Assembly: GCF_004010195.1 (NCBI RefSeq)
Contig: NC_057750.1
Location: 1,044,269 to 1,096,721, forward strand
DNA length: 52,453 nucleotides
Reading direction: 5' to 3'
DNA from: Chiloscyllium plagiosum
Lineage: Eukaryota
Shown here: positions 24,026-35,960 of the stretch, piece by piece
Layout: each line of letters begins with the position of its first letter
Numbering within the stretch: the stretch's first letter is position 1
Translations under genes and position numbers: made by a program
Notes under the pieces: model-generated
The model's database searches: none
Seen by the model: only the letters and a program-made list of their open reading frames with translations
Told to the model about the DNA's origin: nothing

Positions 24026-24367
24026 CATTAGCACTGCTGCCTCACAGCGCCAGAGACCGGGGTTCAATTCCCGCCTCAGGCGACTGACTGTGTGGAGTTT
24101 GCACGTTCTCCCCGTGTCTGCATGAGTTTCCTCTGGGTGCTCCGGTTTCCTCCCACAGTCCAAAGATGTGCAGGTNNNNNNNNNNNNNNNNNNNNNNNNN
24201 NNNNNNNNNNNNNNNNNNNNNNNNNNNNNNNNNNNNNNNNNNNNNNNNNNNNNNNNNNNNNNNNNNNNNNNNNNNNNNNNNTAGGGGTATGGGTGGGTTG
24301 CGCTTCGGCGGGGCGGTGTGGACTTGTTGGGCCGAAGGGCCTGTTTCCACACTGTAAGTAATCTAAT
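24026..24367 (+). mobile_element. HE1-type V-SINE (5'-truncated), spanning a gap
   Basis: B box, V domain and CpG-rich, young-looking tail ending aatctaat. Confidence 0.9.
24176..24281. other. Assembly gap (106 N)
   Basis: Run of N. Confidence 1.
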
Positions 24368-26984
24368 AAAACTGACATAACTGATAATTAAACATTCCCT
24401 TTAAGTAAATAATCTAGGTTGCTTTTTCCATTCCCAACCTCAGCAAAACCAAGGCTCAGTGCAGCTGTAAGTTAAAAATACAACTCTGGGTATGATTCAT
24501 CACTGTTTGAGTCTTGCTTTCTGGGGCTGAGCTAGTCAATGTTCTGGATCCAACTAATTATGTCCCATGGGCAAATCTTGTGGCCAAGACTCAGTAATCA
24601 GCTGCGAAACAGCACAGGCACTAGTTTACATCCACAAACTCCTGCATCGTTAACACTTTAGCATCAGCTGCTGACTGTTGGTGGCAGGGATGGGTGGTTA
24701 CGATCTCCCAGCAGTGAGTGTCTATATTAGTGATTCTCACAGCCCTGTGCCCATTCACAGAGTGAGGACAGACCAGAGCAACTTCCATCTTGGATTCCAG
24801 CATCTGCAGTTTTTTTTTGTCCCTAACCAAGTTTGTCCCACAGCAAAGTCTCTACATCGACTTCTCCACCTCCTGGTGCTGCCTGACTTGCTGTGTTCTT
24901 CCAGCCTCCTGCTTATCTACCTTGGATTCCAGCATCTGCACCTTTATTGTCTCTTACCGAGTCCAGGGCTGTTCCAAGGAACTGCACAAAGAGATTACAC
25001 ACTAATCTGTTCACCCCTGTGTTTTCCGATAAAGTTCAATACTTGAGAAACAAGTTTAAGTTTGCAAGAGAAGGGACAGACTGAGGGAGGGTACGTGTGA
25101 ATGTGAGAGGATGGTAGAGTTTGAGAGAAATGGGAAATGAGATATACAACATATTTACTAATTCTCATGTTCTCAATGAAAGCTTATCTCTGGGCCCTCC
25201 ATCCGGTCCAGCAGAGTAGTCGCAATGGAAGGATGAGGTACATTAATGCAGGAAACATATTGCATTTGAGAGACTGGAGACTACCCACTGGCGCCAGTAC
25301 AGGGAAGCAGTGGGGACCTTTGTTTTGCATTTTAATGTCCCATACATGCCCAATGGGTAGTCTCCTATCCCTGAAATGCAATATGCTTCCAGCATTAATG
25401 TACCTCACCTTAACACACACTAATTCAAAGAGTGAATTTGCTATGAGTGAAGATTGGTGAAGGAGGCCCAACATCTAGCTCATCAACCATTGAAATCCAC
25501 CCATCCATTCTCAACAAAGCCCCTCAGCCACCTGTAAGATCATAAGGTAAAGGAGCAGAAGTCAGCTATTTGGCTCATTTAGTCTTGTCTGTCATCAAGG
25601 CTGAGTCAACTCCACTTTCCTGTCTTTTCCCAATAACTCCTGGATTCTTTTCATGATTAAAAAATTCTGAATTGTTTGAATTATGGTAAGGTTTTATTGA
25701 AAAAGAATCCAGGAGTTATTGGGAAAAGACAGGAAAGTGGAGTTGACTCAGCCTTGATGACAGACAAGACTAAATGAGCCAAATAGCTGACTTCTGCTCC
25801 TTTACCTTATGATCTTACAGGTGGCTGAGGGGCTTTGTTGAGAATGGATGGGTGGATTTCAATGGTTGATGAGCTAGATGTTGGGCCTCCTTCACCAATC
25901 TTCACTCATAGCAAATTCACTCTTTGAATTAGTGTGTGTTAAGGTGAGGTACATTAATGCTGGAAGCATATTGCATTTCAGGGATAGGAGACTACCCATT
26001 GGGCATGTATGGGACATTAAAATGCAAAACAAAGGTCCCCACTGCTTCCCTGTACTGGCGCCAGTGGGTAGTCTCCAGTCTCTCAAATGCAATATGTTTC
26101 CTGCATTAATGTACCTCATCCTTCCATTGCGACTACTCTGCTGGACCGGATGGAGGGCCCAGAGATACGCTTTCATTGAGAACATGAGAATTAGTAAATA
26201 TGTTGTATATCTCATTTCCCACTTCTCTCAAACTCTACCATCCTCTCACATTCACACGTACCCTCCCTCAGTCTGTCCCTTCTCTTGCAAACTTAAACTT
26301 GTTTCTCAAGTATTGAACTTTATCGGAAAACACAGGGGTGAACAGATTAGTGTGTAATCTCTTTGTGCAGTTCCTTGGAACAGCCCTGGACTCGGTAAGA
26401 GACAATAAAGGTGCAGATGCTGGAATCCAAGGTAGATAAGCAGGAGGCTGGAAGAACACAGCAAGTCAGGCAGCACCAGGAGGTGGAGAAGTCGATGTAG
26501 AGACTTTGCTGTGGGACAAACTTGGTTAGGGACAAAAAAAAACTGCAGACGCTGGAATCCAAGATGGAAGTTGCTCTGGTCTGTCCTCACTCTGTGAATG
26601 GGCACAGGGCTGTGAGAATCACTAATATAGACACTCACTGCTGGGAGATCGTAACCACCCATCCCTGCCACCAACAGTCAGCAGCTGATGCTAAAGTGTT
26701 AACGATGCAGAAGTTTGTGGATGTAAACTAGTGCCTGTGCTGTTTCGCAGCTGATTACTGAGTCTTGGCCACAAGATTTGCCCATGGGACATAATTAGTT
26801 GGATCCAGAACATTGACTAGCTCAGCCCCAGAAAGCAAGACTCAAACAGTGATGAATCATACCCAGAGTTGTATTTTTAACTTACAGCTGCACTGAGCCT
26901 TGGTTTTGCTGAGGTTGGGAATGGAAAAAGCAACCTAGATTATTTACTTAAAGGGAATGTTTAATTATCAGTTATGTCAGTTTT
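24368..26984. repeat. Large near-perfect inverted repeat: arms 24368-25651 and 25701-26984, 49-nt spacer
   Basis: Mirror ORF pairs sum to coordinate 51352 (e.g. 25137..25460 with 25892..26215). I saw only about 4 substitutions between the 1284-bp arms. Confidence 0.97.
25234..25407. repeat. Internal hairpin / MITE-like element (58-bp arms, 58-nt spacer); mirror copy at 25945-26118
   Basis: tgaggtacattaatgc...gagactacccactgg is inverted at 25350-25407 with 7 mismatches in 58. Confidence 0.85.
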
Positions 26985-27121
26985 GTCAGTTATATTTGAT
27001 GAGCAACACTGTTCAGTGTAAGGTCCAGCTCCTTCCTCCGCTTAGTATACAGTAACCACATTGAATCCATAAGTCGGTCAACAAGATTTTATATATCTTT
27101 ACCTCTTAAAATCAACGATTA

Positions 27122-27438
27122 AATTAGATTACCTATAGTGTGGAAACAGGCCCTTCGGCCCAACCAGTCCACACTGACCCTCTGAAGAGTAACCCACCCA
27201 GACCCATTATTTCCCTCTGACTAATGCACCTAACACTATGGGCAATTTAGCATGGTCAATTCACCTGAACTGCACATTTTTGGACTGTGGGAGAAAACCA
27301 GAGCACCCAGTGAAAACCCACGCAGACACGGGGAGAATGCGCAAACTCCACACAGACAGTCGCCCAAGGCAGGAATCAAACTTGGGACCCTGGTGTTGGG
27401 AGGCCGCTGTGCTAGCCACTGAGCCAACTTGCCACCCT
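27122..27438 (-). mobile_element. HE1-type V-SINE
   Basis: Tail, V domain and reverse A/B boxes. Confidence 0.93.
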
Positions 27439-27819
27439 AAGGTTTGTCTCAAGAAACCCAACTTTACAAATTTATTTTGACACTTTCTGTGAATGTAACA
27501 TCACACAACTAATTGATTAGCATGAACCAAGCATCTAATGTTATGTGACAGCCCCTCACACAAACCTCAGAATTATTAATTCATTTCTGTCAGGCGAACA
27601 AAACTGTCAGCCTCCTGCGCACAATATGGAAATAAAAAACACTCAGGTTGCTGTCAGGCCATCGAAACGGAAACAGCCAATCGCAAAAGATTAGAAGCCC
27701 CACTGAGTAAAGGGACGAGAACAATTTGGAAGATGAAATTGTTGGGAATAAGACAGTACCAGGTGTCAGAGAAATGACAACAGTCTCTGGAAAAAATAGC
27801 TGCTTAAGAATAAATTGGG

Positions 27820-28100
27820 GAACAAAGGTGTGCTTCAGAAAGCTGATGAAGCCTGGACAATGTTGATGAAGTTCTATTAGTCTAACATCTGTTGTGGGGA
27901 AGTTATTACAATCTGCTGGAAGGACAGAGAGGCTGAATGCTTGCACAAATATCAGAGTCAGTATCGATTCAGATAATCATAGCGAATTGAATTTTTTTTC
28001 AGGATGCTATTGATGATGATGGAAGAGATTGTCTAATGATGTTGGTTGTACACTTTCAGAAGGCTTTTGTTAAGATTCTACACAAAAGCATGTGAAGTTG
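27820..28100 (+). mobile_element. Highly degenerate CR1 RT fragment
   Basis: attagtctaacatctgttgtggggaagtta (ISLTSVVGKL) and tttcagaaggcttttg (FQKAF). Confidence 0.6.
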
Positions 28101-28289
28101 TCTCGTGTAGGGAATTGATTGTATTTCAAAAATACTGTCCTTGTGCTTTTCGAAGCTAATGGGAATTGAAAGATTAATGACAGATCCACAGTACAATCAA
28201 CATCTCCAGGAATGTTCTTCATATCTTCACACCAGTTTTCAATATCCTGGCTACCTTTAATCCATCAATCACAGCCTAAAAACAGACAA

Positions 28290-28625
28290 ACCCGACAGTG
28301 TGCGAGCAATCCATTTAATCCACACCAACCCTCCAAAGGACATCCCACCCAGACCCACTCCTCTACCTATCCCTATAACCCTGCATTTCCCAAGGCTAAC
28401 CCACCTACCCTGCACATTCCTGGACACTATGGGCAATTTCCCATGGCCAATCCACTCTAACCTGCACATCTTTATTCTGTGCGTAGAAACCAGAGCACTC
28501 GGAGAAAACCCATGCAGACACTGGGTGAACGTGCAAACTCCACACAGACAGTCACCCGAGGCTGGAATTGAACCTGGGTCCCTGGCGCTGGGAGGTAACA
28601 GTGCCAACCACTGAGCCCCATGATG
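28290..28625 (-). mobile_element. HE1-type V-SINE
   Basis: V domain and reverse A/B boxes. Confidence 0.88.
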
Positions 28626-28724
28626 TGGTCAGTTATATCATAACTGCCTGTGGAATCTTGCTGTGCATAAACATTTTTGCATTTCCTCAATGACAACTGC
28701 GAGTACACTTTAAACATACTCAGT

Positions 28725-28984
28725 GAGGTTTGAGAAGATTTACAGAACATTTGAGAACATCTACCACTGACTGAGAAAAATAACAGGAAATGATATCACT
28801 ATAGGAAATGACGTCACCACAGTAAATGACATCACCAACTCAAGGAAACCCAAACATATAAATAGTAAGCGGGCTACACCATCAGTGCTTCATCCGGAGG
28901 CTCACTGATGATGTTACCTAGTATGGTGATGAAATGTCTGAAAACGAACCTTCCTGCTCAGCGAGCAAACTTACATCCAGATCC
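28725..28984 (+). mobile_element. Short PLE 3' element of a different family, with hammerhead and perfect 15-bp TSD, nested in a Deu-SINE fragment
   Basis: ttaaacatactcagt occurs at 28710-28724 and 28985-28999. Internal aaatgacatcac-type repeat x3. Confidence 0.8.
28900..28942 (+). ncRNA. Minimal type I hammerhead ribozyme motif
   Basis: uca-CUGAUGA-u-guuacc-uaguau-ggugau-GAAA-ug-UC-uga. Stem I is uca/uga; stem II has 6 bp including G-U pairs. Confidence 0.75.
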
Positions 28985-29667
28985 TTAAACATACTCAGTT
29001 AGTCAAAAATCTCATGAGGTCTTATATACGAACCAAAGTAATAGTTTCTGGGTATTTTTTTCCAAATATCAACCCCAGCACCTGTTACTTGCTTACCTCC
29101 CTTATCCTCACTATTTTAACCTTAACTTTGCCATGGACACTACCCATGGATACTACCCATGACTTTAACTCACATGGCTCAGGATAACACAATAAAAACT
29201 AATCTCAAGACTCAGGTGAAGATGATGTACAAAACTGAGATAGCTGCCTGGGAGCCTGAAAAACCGACATTGTCTACTTCATTAAACTTGACTTATATTC
29301 TTTGTTTAACAGGATTATCTGTGATTGAGGAAGTCCAACATGGAAACTTGGGCTTTCCCATGTGATATGCATCAATCCTCAATATCATTGAAGTCTAGTG
29401 TGAAGGGTTACATTCAGAGTTTGGACAAGTAAATTGTGGACAATCGGCCAGTAGACTGAGAACAGAGACAGATGAATAATGAATAATTAGTCAAAATACA
29501 AAAATAGGTAATCAATAATTAGTTACATTTGAAGGGTAGATAGACAATGGATGACCGCATTTAGAAAGGGTTATTGAATGATGCTCAATCTATACAGCAG
29601 GTCAAGGAGGAGATGAGGGAGACCCAGAACAGTTGATTGGTTGATACAAACCTCAACTTGAATTCTT

Positions 29668-29800
29668 TTGAATGAAGGGTCACTGGAATCAAAGCATTAA
29701 CTTGGTTTCTGTCTCCACAGATGCTGTTAGATGCGTTGATTCTCTCCAACAATTTCTGTTTTGTTTCAGATTTCCAGCATCCATAGTTATTTGTTTATTT
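29668..29800 (+). mobile_element. Degenerate PLE tail
   Basis: gaagggtcactgga...cattaac...ctccacagatgctg...gatttccagcatcc. Confidence 0.65.
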
Positions 29801-29991
29801 TAGTGCATTATGCTATATGGGTCAATCCTTCTGGAGAAGGGAAAAATAAATTAGTGGGAAGTATCTGAACACTGCTAAATGAGAGCTGGATAATTGTGAG
29901 ATAGCATTCGGATGAAAAATAGAGGAGAAGATATTGACAGACAAAAGGACAGCTAATAGAAGTTAAAATACATGATGAGCAGTCAGTCACT

Positions 29992-30400
29992 TCATAGAAT
30001 TCCTGCATTGTGGAAACAGGCCATTTGGCCCATCCTTCACCAATACTCCTAAGAGCTTCCCATCCATTGAATAATAGGAACCCTACAGTGTAGGAGCAGG
30101 CCATTTGGTCCATCAATCTCTGAAGAATATCTCACCCAGACTACCACCTCCTTCCCAGGACCCTACTTTGCCCATGGTTAATAGCACTAGTCTGCACATC
30201 CCTGGGGCAACTACGTATGGTCAATCCACCTTGACCTGCACATCTTTGGACTGTTGGAGGAAACCAAAGCACTCAGAGGAAACCCACGCAGACACAGGGA
30301 GAATGTACAAACTCCACATAGTCACCTGAGGCAGGAATTGAACCTGGGTCCCTGGCACTGTAAGGTAGAAGTGCTAACTACGAGCCACCATGCCACCTGA
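29992..30400 (-). mobile_element. HE1-type V-SINE plus an adjacent second 3' tail
   Basis: Two gtggaaacaggcc/gtaggagcaggcc tails (~30010 and ~30090), followed by the V domain and head. Confidence 0.8.
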
Positions 30401-31349
30401 TTGAAGAAATGGAAACTGATGTGAGAGAGTAAGTCATGGGATTAATTAACATCCCAGCTAGCAAGCATACGGCAAGTGTAGTTATTAAAATCCCATATGT
30501 TTAAATTACAAGTCTCTCCGAGTTTGACACTTGGGTCCAACATTTCCTCAGGCTCCTTTTCAGTGTGGTGAGGGATGGCCAACATACATGTGAGCATGTT
30601 ATTTAACCTGAGATTGGGCAGAAAATCGAAGAGCACACATCCAAAATGAACAAGCCTCGAGCAATACAAAAAATGCAAAGGATTCTTTTTGTGCTTTAAC
30701 CTGTGCAGAATTGTAGCAACGTGGAGCGAGCAAAGAGCTGAAGCAGTCAGCTGTTTGTCAACAAATACAAGCAGAAAGCTTTGGAAATTCTCTGCACATC
30801 AGGCAGCACATGCAGAGAAAGAGACCAACATAATGACAGTCAGGGAAGAGCTCCAGGCAAACAGATCACGCGTTGTACAGGAGGCATGAGGGAAGGAAGA
30901 GGATTACTATCTGTGGGGTTATATCCCCACATCCAAGGGCAACATCTGAAGAAAGCCATGCCTGTCCTTCCCTCCACTTTATGAACATCTTCTCAATTTT
31001 TGTCTGCCCACTTCTTCCCAGCCACCCATGCCAACATTAAGTTGGCATTGCCATTGTGTTATGAGTATATTATCAGACAGCTTCTAACAAGTTTAATTGG
31101 ATCTTAATTATTTCCTTATATATGATGGGTGGGTTACCAATTCAGGGCCCACCAACCTTCTGTATGATGGGTTCAGGAGTGGGTGGAAGGTGGTGGGCTA
31201 TTTCTACAATCTCAATTCCATCCCCAGCATCCCCACTAAAACAAAACACGCCAGGTGGGGTATTGTGATATCCAGCCTAAAGGCTCAGTCTGAGATCTTT
31301 CATCTTCATCATGACCTTGGTAGCTATCATCTTTTGTAAATGAGTTTTT

Positions 31350-31660
31350 CATAACATCCCTAAGGTATGGAAGCAGGCCATTCAGACCATTCAGTGAACA
31401 CCAACTCTTTGAAGGGCATCCCACCCAATCACTCTGCATTTACCATGGTTAATCCAGCTAGCCTCCATATTCCTGGATACTATGGGTAATCTAGCAAGGC
31501 CAAGCCACCTAACCTGCACACCTTTGGATTGCAAGAGGAAACTCAACACAGACACAAGGAGAATGTGCAAAATCTACAGAGACAGTCACCCAAGGCTGGA
31601 ATCGAGCCCAGGTTTCTGGCACTATGAGGCAGCAGGGCTAAACACCGAGCCACCATGCAA
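31350..31660 (-). mobile_element. HE1-type V-SINE (diverged)
   Basis: Tail, V domain and head motifs. Confidence 0.82.
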
Positions 31661-31709
31661 GGTACTAACTGCCCACTCAGTTCGATGAATGTCCAGGGAC
31701 CTTTCTTTG

Positions 31710-31860
31710 CAAAAAAAAACTGTAAATTCTGGAAATCTAAAATGAAAAGCAAAAACTCACAGCCAGTTTCTGAAATGGCAAACATTGAAAAGAAATTGCT
31801 GGAGAAACTTAGCAGGCCTGGCAGCATTTGCAGAGAGAGAAATTGAGTTAATGTTTCAAG
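31710..31860 (-). mobile_element. PLE tail fragments
   Basis: gaaattgctggagaaacttagcaggcctggcagcatttgcagagagagaaa..gagttaatgtttc. Confidence 0.65.
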
Positions 31861-31863
31861 ATT

Positions 31864-33210
31864 TGAGAATTATAGACCAGTCAGTCTTCTTTCAGTGGTG
31901 GGCAGAGTATTGGAGAGGACTCTGAGAGACAGGATTTATGATTACTTAAAAAGCCATAGTTTAATTAGAGATAGTCAGCATGACTTTGTGAGGGGCAGGT
32001 CATGCCTGACAAGCCTTATTGAATTCTTTGAGGATGTGACAAAACACATTGATGAAGGTAGAGTAGTGGATGCAGTGTATATGGATTTTAGTAAGGTATT
32101 TGATAAAGTTCTCTATGGTTTGCTCATTCAGAAAGTAAGGAGGCACAGGATACAGGGATATCTGGCTGTCTGAATACAGAATTGGCTGGCCCATAGAAGA
32201 CAGAGGGTGGTGGTAGATGGAAAATATTCAGCCTGGAGCTCAGTGTTCTGCAGGGATCGGTTCTGGGACCTCTACTCTTTGTGATTTTTATGAATGGCTT
32301 GGATGAGGAAGTGGAAGGCTGGGTTAGTAAGTTTGCCAATGACACGAAGGTTGGTGGAGTTGTGGATAGCGGGAGAGCTGCTGTAGGTTGCAGTGGGACA
32401 TTGACAGGATGCAGAACTGGGCTGAGAAGTGGCAGATGGAGTTCAACCTGGAAAAGTGTGAATTGATTCATTTTGGAAGGTTGAATTTGAATGCAGATTA
32501 CAGGGTTAAAGGCAGGATTCTTGGCAGTGTGGAGGAACAGAGGGATCTTGGGGTCCATGTCCATAGATCCCTCAACGTTCCCACCCAGGTTGATAGGGTT
32601 GTTAAAAAGGCATATGGTGTGTTGGCTTTCATCAGCAGGGGAATTGAGTTTAAGAGCCACGAGGTTATGCTGCAGCCCTACGGAGCCCTGGTTTGACCAC
32701 AGTTGGAATATTGTGTTCAGTTCTAGTCGCCTCATTGTAGGAAGGATGTGGAAGCTTTAGAGAGGGTGCAGAGGAGATTTACCAGGATGCTGCCTGGACT
32801 GGAGCGCATGTCTTACGAAAAAAGGTTGAGGGAGCTGGGGCTTTTCTCATTGGAGCAACAAAGGGAGAGAGGTGACTTGATAAAGTTGTACAAGATGATG
32901 AGAGACATAGACAGAGCAAATAGTCAGAGACTTTTTCCCAGGGCAGAAATGTCTATCATAAGGGGGCATAATTCTAAAGTAATTGGAGGAAGGTTTAGGG
33001 GAGATGTAAGAGGGAGTGGGGGTGTGTGGAATGCACTGCCAACAGTAGTAGTAGAGTCAGATACATTTAAGTGACTCTTGGATATGCACATGAAAGATAG
33101 TACAATGAAGGTTATGTGGGTTCATTTGATCTTAGAGTAAGATAAAAGACCGGCACAACATTGACAGCCGAAGAGCCTGTACTGTGTTGTACCATTCCAT
33201 GTTCTATGTA
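31864..33210 (+). mobile_element. 5'-truncated CR1/HER1 LINE (RT pseudogene and 3' UTR)
   Basis: SCLTSLIEFFEDV..VYMDFSKVFDKV, SKFANDTKVGG, WAEKWQMEFN and LERVQRRFTRMLPGL; stops and frameshifts; ttctatg tail. Confidence 0.96.
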
Positions 33211-33429
33211 TACTCTCAGTCCAGTCACCCCCCTTCAGAACACAAGGCAAGCACAAATCTTTAACTGTGTCTCTCTCCAGCAGTTTCTGGTTTTAGTTCA
33301 GCTTTCCAGTATCCACACAGTTTGCTTTGATATGAATTAATATTTCAGTCAGAGATTCCACACCACAATCCTAAAAGATTTACGGAAACTATATCAGGGA
33401 TGGAAGTCAACCCTCACAAAGAGGGGGTG

Positions 33430-34490
33430 AATCAAATTGGCTTGACATTCAGAAACTGAAGGTAGTGATGGGCTACTTTTCAGACTGGAGACCTGTCAAT
33501 AGTGGAATTCGACAAGATTGGTACTGGTCCACTTTGGTTTGTCATTTTATGTAAACTATTTGGATGAGAATATAGGAGGTATGGTAAGTAAGTTTGCAGA
33601 TGACACCAGGATTGGTAGTACAGTGGACAGGGAAGAAGATTATCTAAGGTTACAAAGAGATCTTGATCCATTGGGTCAATGGGCTGAGGAGTTTAATTTG
33701 GATTAATGTGAGGTATTGCATTTGGTAAAACAAACAAGGGCAGGACTTGTACAATTAAAAGCAGGGCCTTGGACAGTGTAGCAGAACAGAGAGACCTAGG
33801 GATTCAGGTACATAATTCTTTGAAGTTTGCATCACAGGTAAACAGGATGTTTAAGAAGGCATATAGCATGCTTGCCTTCATTGCTCAGATGTTTAAGTAC
33901 AAGAGTTGGGACGTCATGTTAAGGATATGTTGTACAGAATGTTAGTGAGGCCTCTTCTGCAGTACTGTGTCTCGTTCAGGTCACCCTGTTATGGGAAGGA
34001 TATTATTAAACTGAAGAGGGTTCAGAAAAGATTTACCAGGATGTTGTTGGGAATGGAGGGTTTGAGATATAAGGCTGGGACTTTGCTCCCTGGAGCATAA
34101 GAGATTGAGGAGTGAACTTTCTAGAGACTTATAAAATCATGCTGCGCATAAATAAGGTGAATGACAGAAGTCTTTTCCCTAGGGTTGGGGAATTCAAAAC
34201 TAGGGGGCACATTTTTAAGGTGAAAGGAGAAAGAATTAGAAAGGACATTAGGGACAACTATTTAACTCAGAGAGTGGTTCATGTGTAGGCTGAACTGCCA
34301 GAGGAAGTGGTGGATGCAGGTGCAGTTACAACATTTAAAAGACATTTGGATAAGTACATGAAGAGGAAAGGTTGGTGTGATATGGGCCAAACATGGGCAG
34401 GGACGACTAGTTTAGTTTGGGATTATGTTCGGCAAGGACTGGTTGGACCAAAGGGTCTATTTCCGTGCTGTATGACTCTAAGACTCCATG
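33430..34490 (+). mobile_element. 5'-truncated CR1 LINE
   Basis: MVSKFADDTRIG and KRVQKRFTRMLLG; 3' UTR ending ccgtgctgtatgactcta. Confidence 0.93.
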
Positions 34491-35104
34491 AATGTCTTTT
34501 CACTGGGACAGAAAAGGTAAGAGGTGCTCAGTTATGAAAAGATTTTGAATTTGGGAGATTATGTTTGTATAGGCCTGAAAGTTAAGTACTGTATTTAATG
34601 GCAACACATTGGACAGCGCGTGAAAAGGACAAAGGAATGTTTATAGATTCTGTTTTTATGCAGGAAATTGTGAAAGCTAACCAGAACCACTGGAGGAAGA
34701 AGAAGCCAGAACTGCGTAACTTGGAGAAGTTGGAAAATAAACATTTCAAAAGTACAAGGATAAAGCAGTCGGGTGGGACTAAGTGGGATTAGGGTGGGTA
34801 GCACAGGTGTGCTAGACTGAATGGCATGTAAAAAGAAAATGCTGATTTGTATTTTGTTGACTCTCTGCATAACCTCAGGACACCCCAAAGCGCTTTGTTA
34901 GTATTTGAATGACTTTAAACTGAGAGACAAGAATGCTTCACAACACTGGGACAGGAGGAGGCCATTCAGGCCCTTCAGCCTAGGTCACCATTCAATAAGA
35001 GTCTGGCTAACCCCACAGGCCTGCCTTTGGCCCATTGACCTTGATATCCCTGCTTCATAAAAAGAATTGGCTATCTTAGATTTACATTTAACAATTAGCG
35101 CTGA

Positions 35105-35630
35105 CCTGGAATCTCGTGTGCAGTTTTGGTCTCCTTACATGAGGAAGGATGCTCTGGCGATGGAGGGAGTGCAGCAAAGGTTTCCCAGACTGATTCCTGG
35201 GATGGCAGGACTGACCTTTGAGGAGAGACTGTGTCAGTTAGGATTGGAGTTTACAAATATGAGAATCTTATAGAAACCTAGAAAATTCTAACAGGGCTAT
35301 TAGGATATTCAGAATCCAGAACCAGGGATTGTAGTTTAAGGATAAGGAGTAAACTCTGTCGAACTGAGATGAGAAGAAATTTCTTCACCCAGGGAGTGGG
35401 GAGCCTATGGGATTCTCTACCGCAGAATGTGGTTAGGGCTAAAACTTTATATGTCCTGGAAGGAGGTGGATATAGCTCTTGTGGCTAAAGGAATCAAGGA
35501 ATATGCATGAAGGGCGGGATCAGGGTATTGAGCTCAATGATCAGCCATGATCATATTGAATGACAAAGCAGGCTTGTGGGGCTGAATGGCCTACTCCAGC
35601 TCCATTTTTTTATGTTTCCATGTGTTTCCA
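35105..35630 (+). mobile_element. CR1 LINE 3' fragment
   Basis: VQFWSPYMRKDALAMEGVQQRFPRLIPGM; tail gggctgaatggcctactcc. Confidence 0.88.
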
Positions 35631-35639
35631 TGACAACGA

Positions 35640-35960
35640 ATTTCCGTCATTGTTGCAACGCAGGTGACATCACACCCAATTTGCCCAGAGCAAGCTCCCA
35701 CAGAGGTCAATGTGAAAATGCGATCTCCTAGGAACTTGGGACAATCCAACTGCTTTCTTCAAGCCTTTTATATTGTCCTCAGAGGGCAGGTGGGATTTCA
35801 CTTCAGAAAGGTGGCACCTCCAACAGTGCAGCCCTCCCTCAATACCGCCCAGGAATATGCTGAAGTGAGTGGAGGGATGAAGGGCGGGACACAGAATGGG
35901 TGAAACGTAAACCCTCACCCTTCTGACTCCAAGGTGCACAACATTGAGTCAAGGCTGAGG
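35640..35960 (-). mobile_element. Deu-domain SINE fragment
   Basis: aatttgcccagagcaagctcccacag and ggcacctccaacagtgcagccctccctca motifs. Confidence 0.6.

Noticed and set aside
25234..25255. let-7-like miRNA (starts TGAGGTA)
   Set aside because: Only 7 nt match; the rest is unlike UGAGGUAGUAGGUUG, and the spacer is too long for a canonical pre-miRNA.
25137..26357. Mirror-image ORFs with an internal repeated MRYINAG motif as duplicated genes
   Set aside because: A by-product of the nested inverted repeats; no protein-like features.
27594..27692. Possible terminal exon (EQNCQPPAHNMEIK...*)
   Set aside because: Short and unrecognised, and it runs into degenerate CR1 sequence.
34663..34792. Lys-rich ORF after a tttttatgcag acceptor (EIVKANQNHWRKKKPE...)
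   Set aside because: No convincing donor and no recognisable homology; it lies between repeats.
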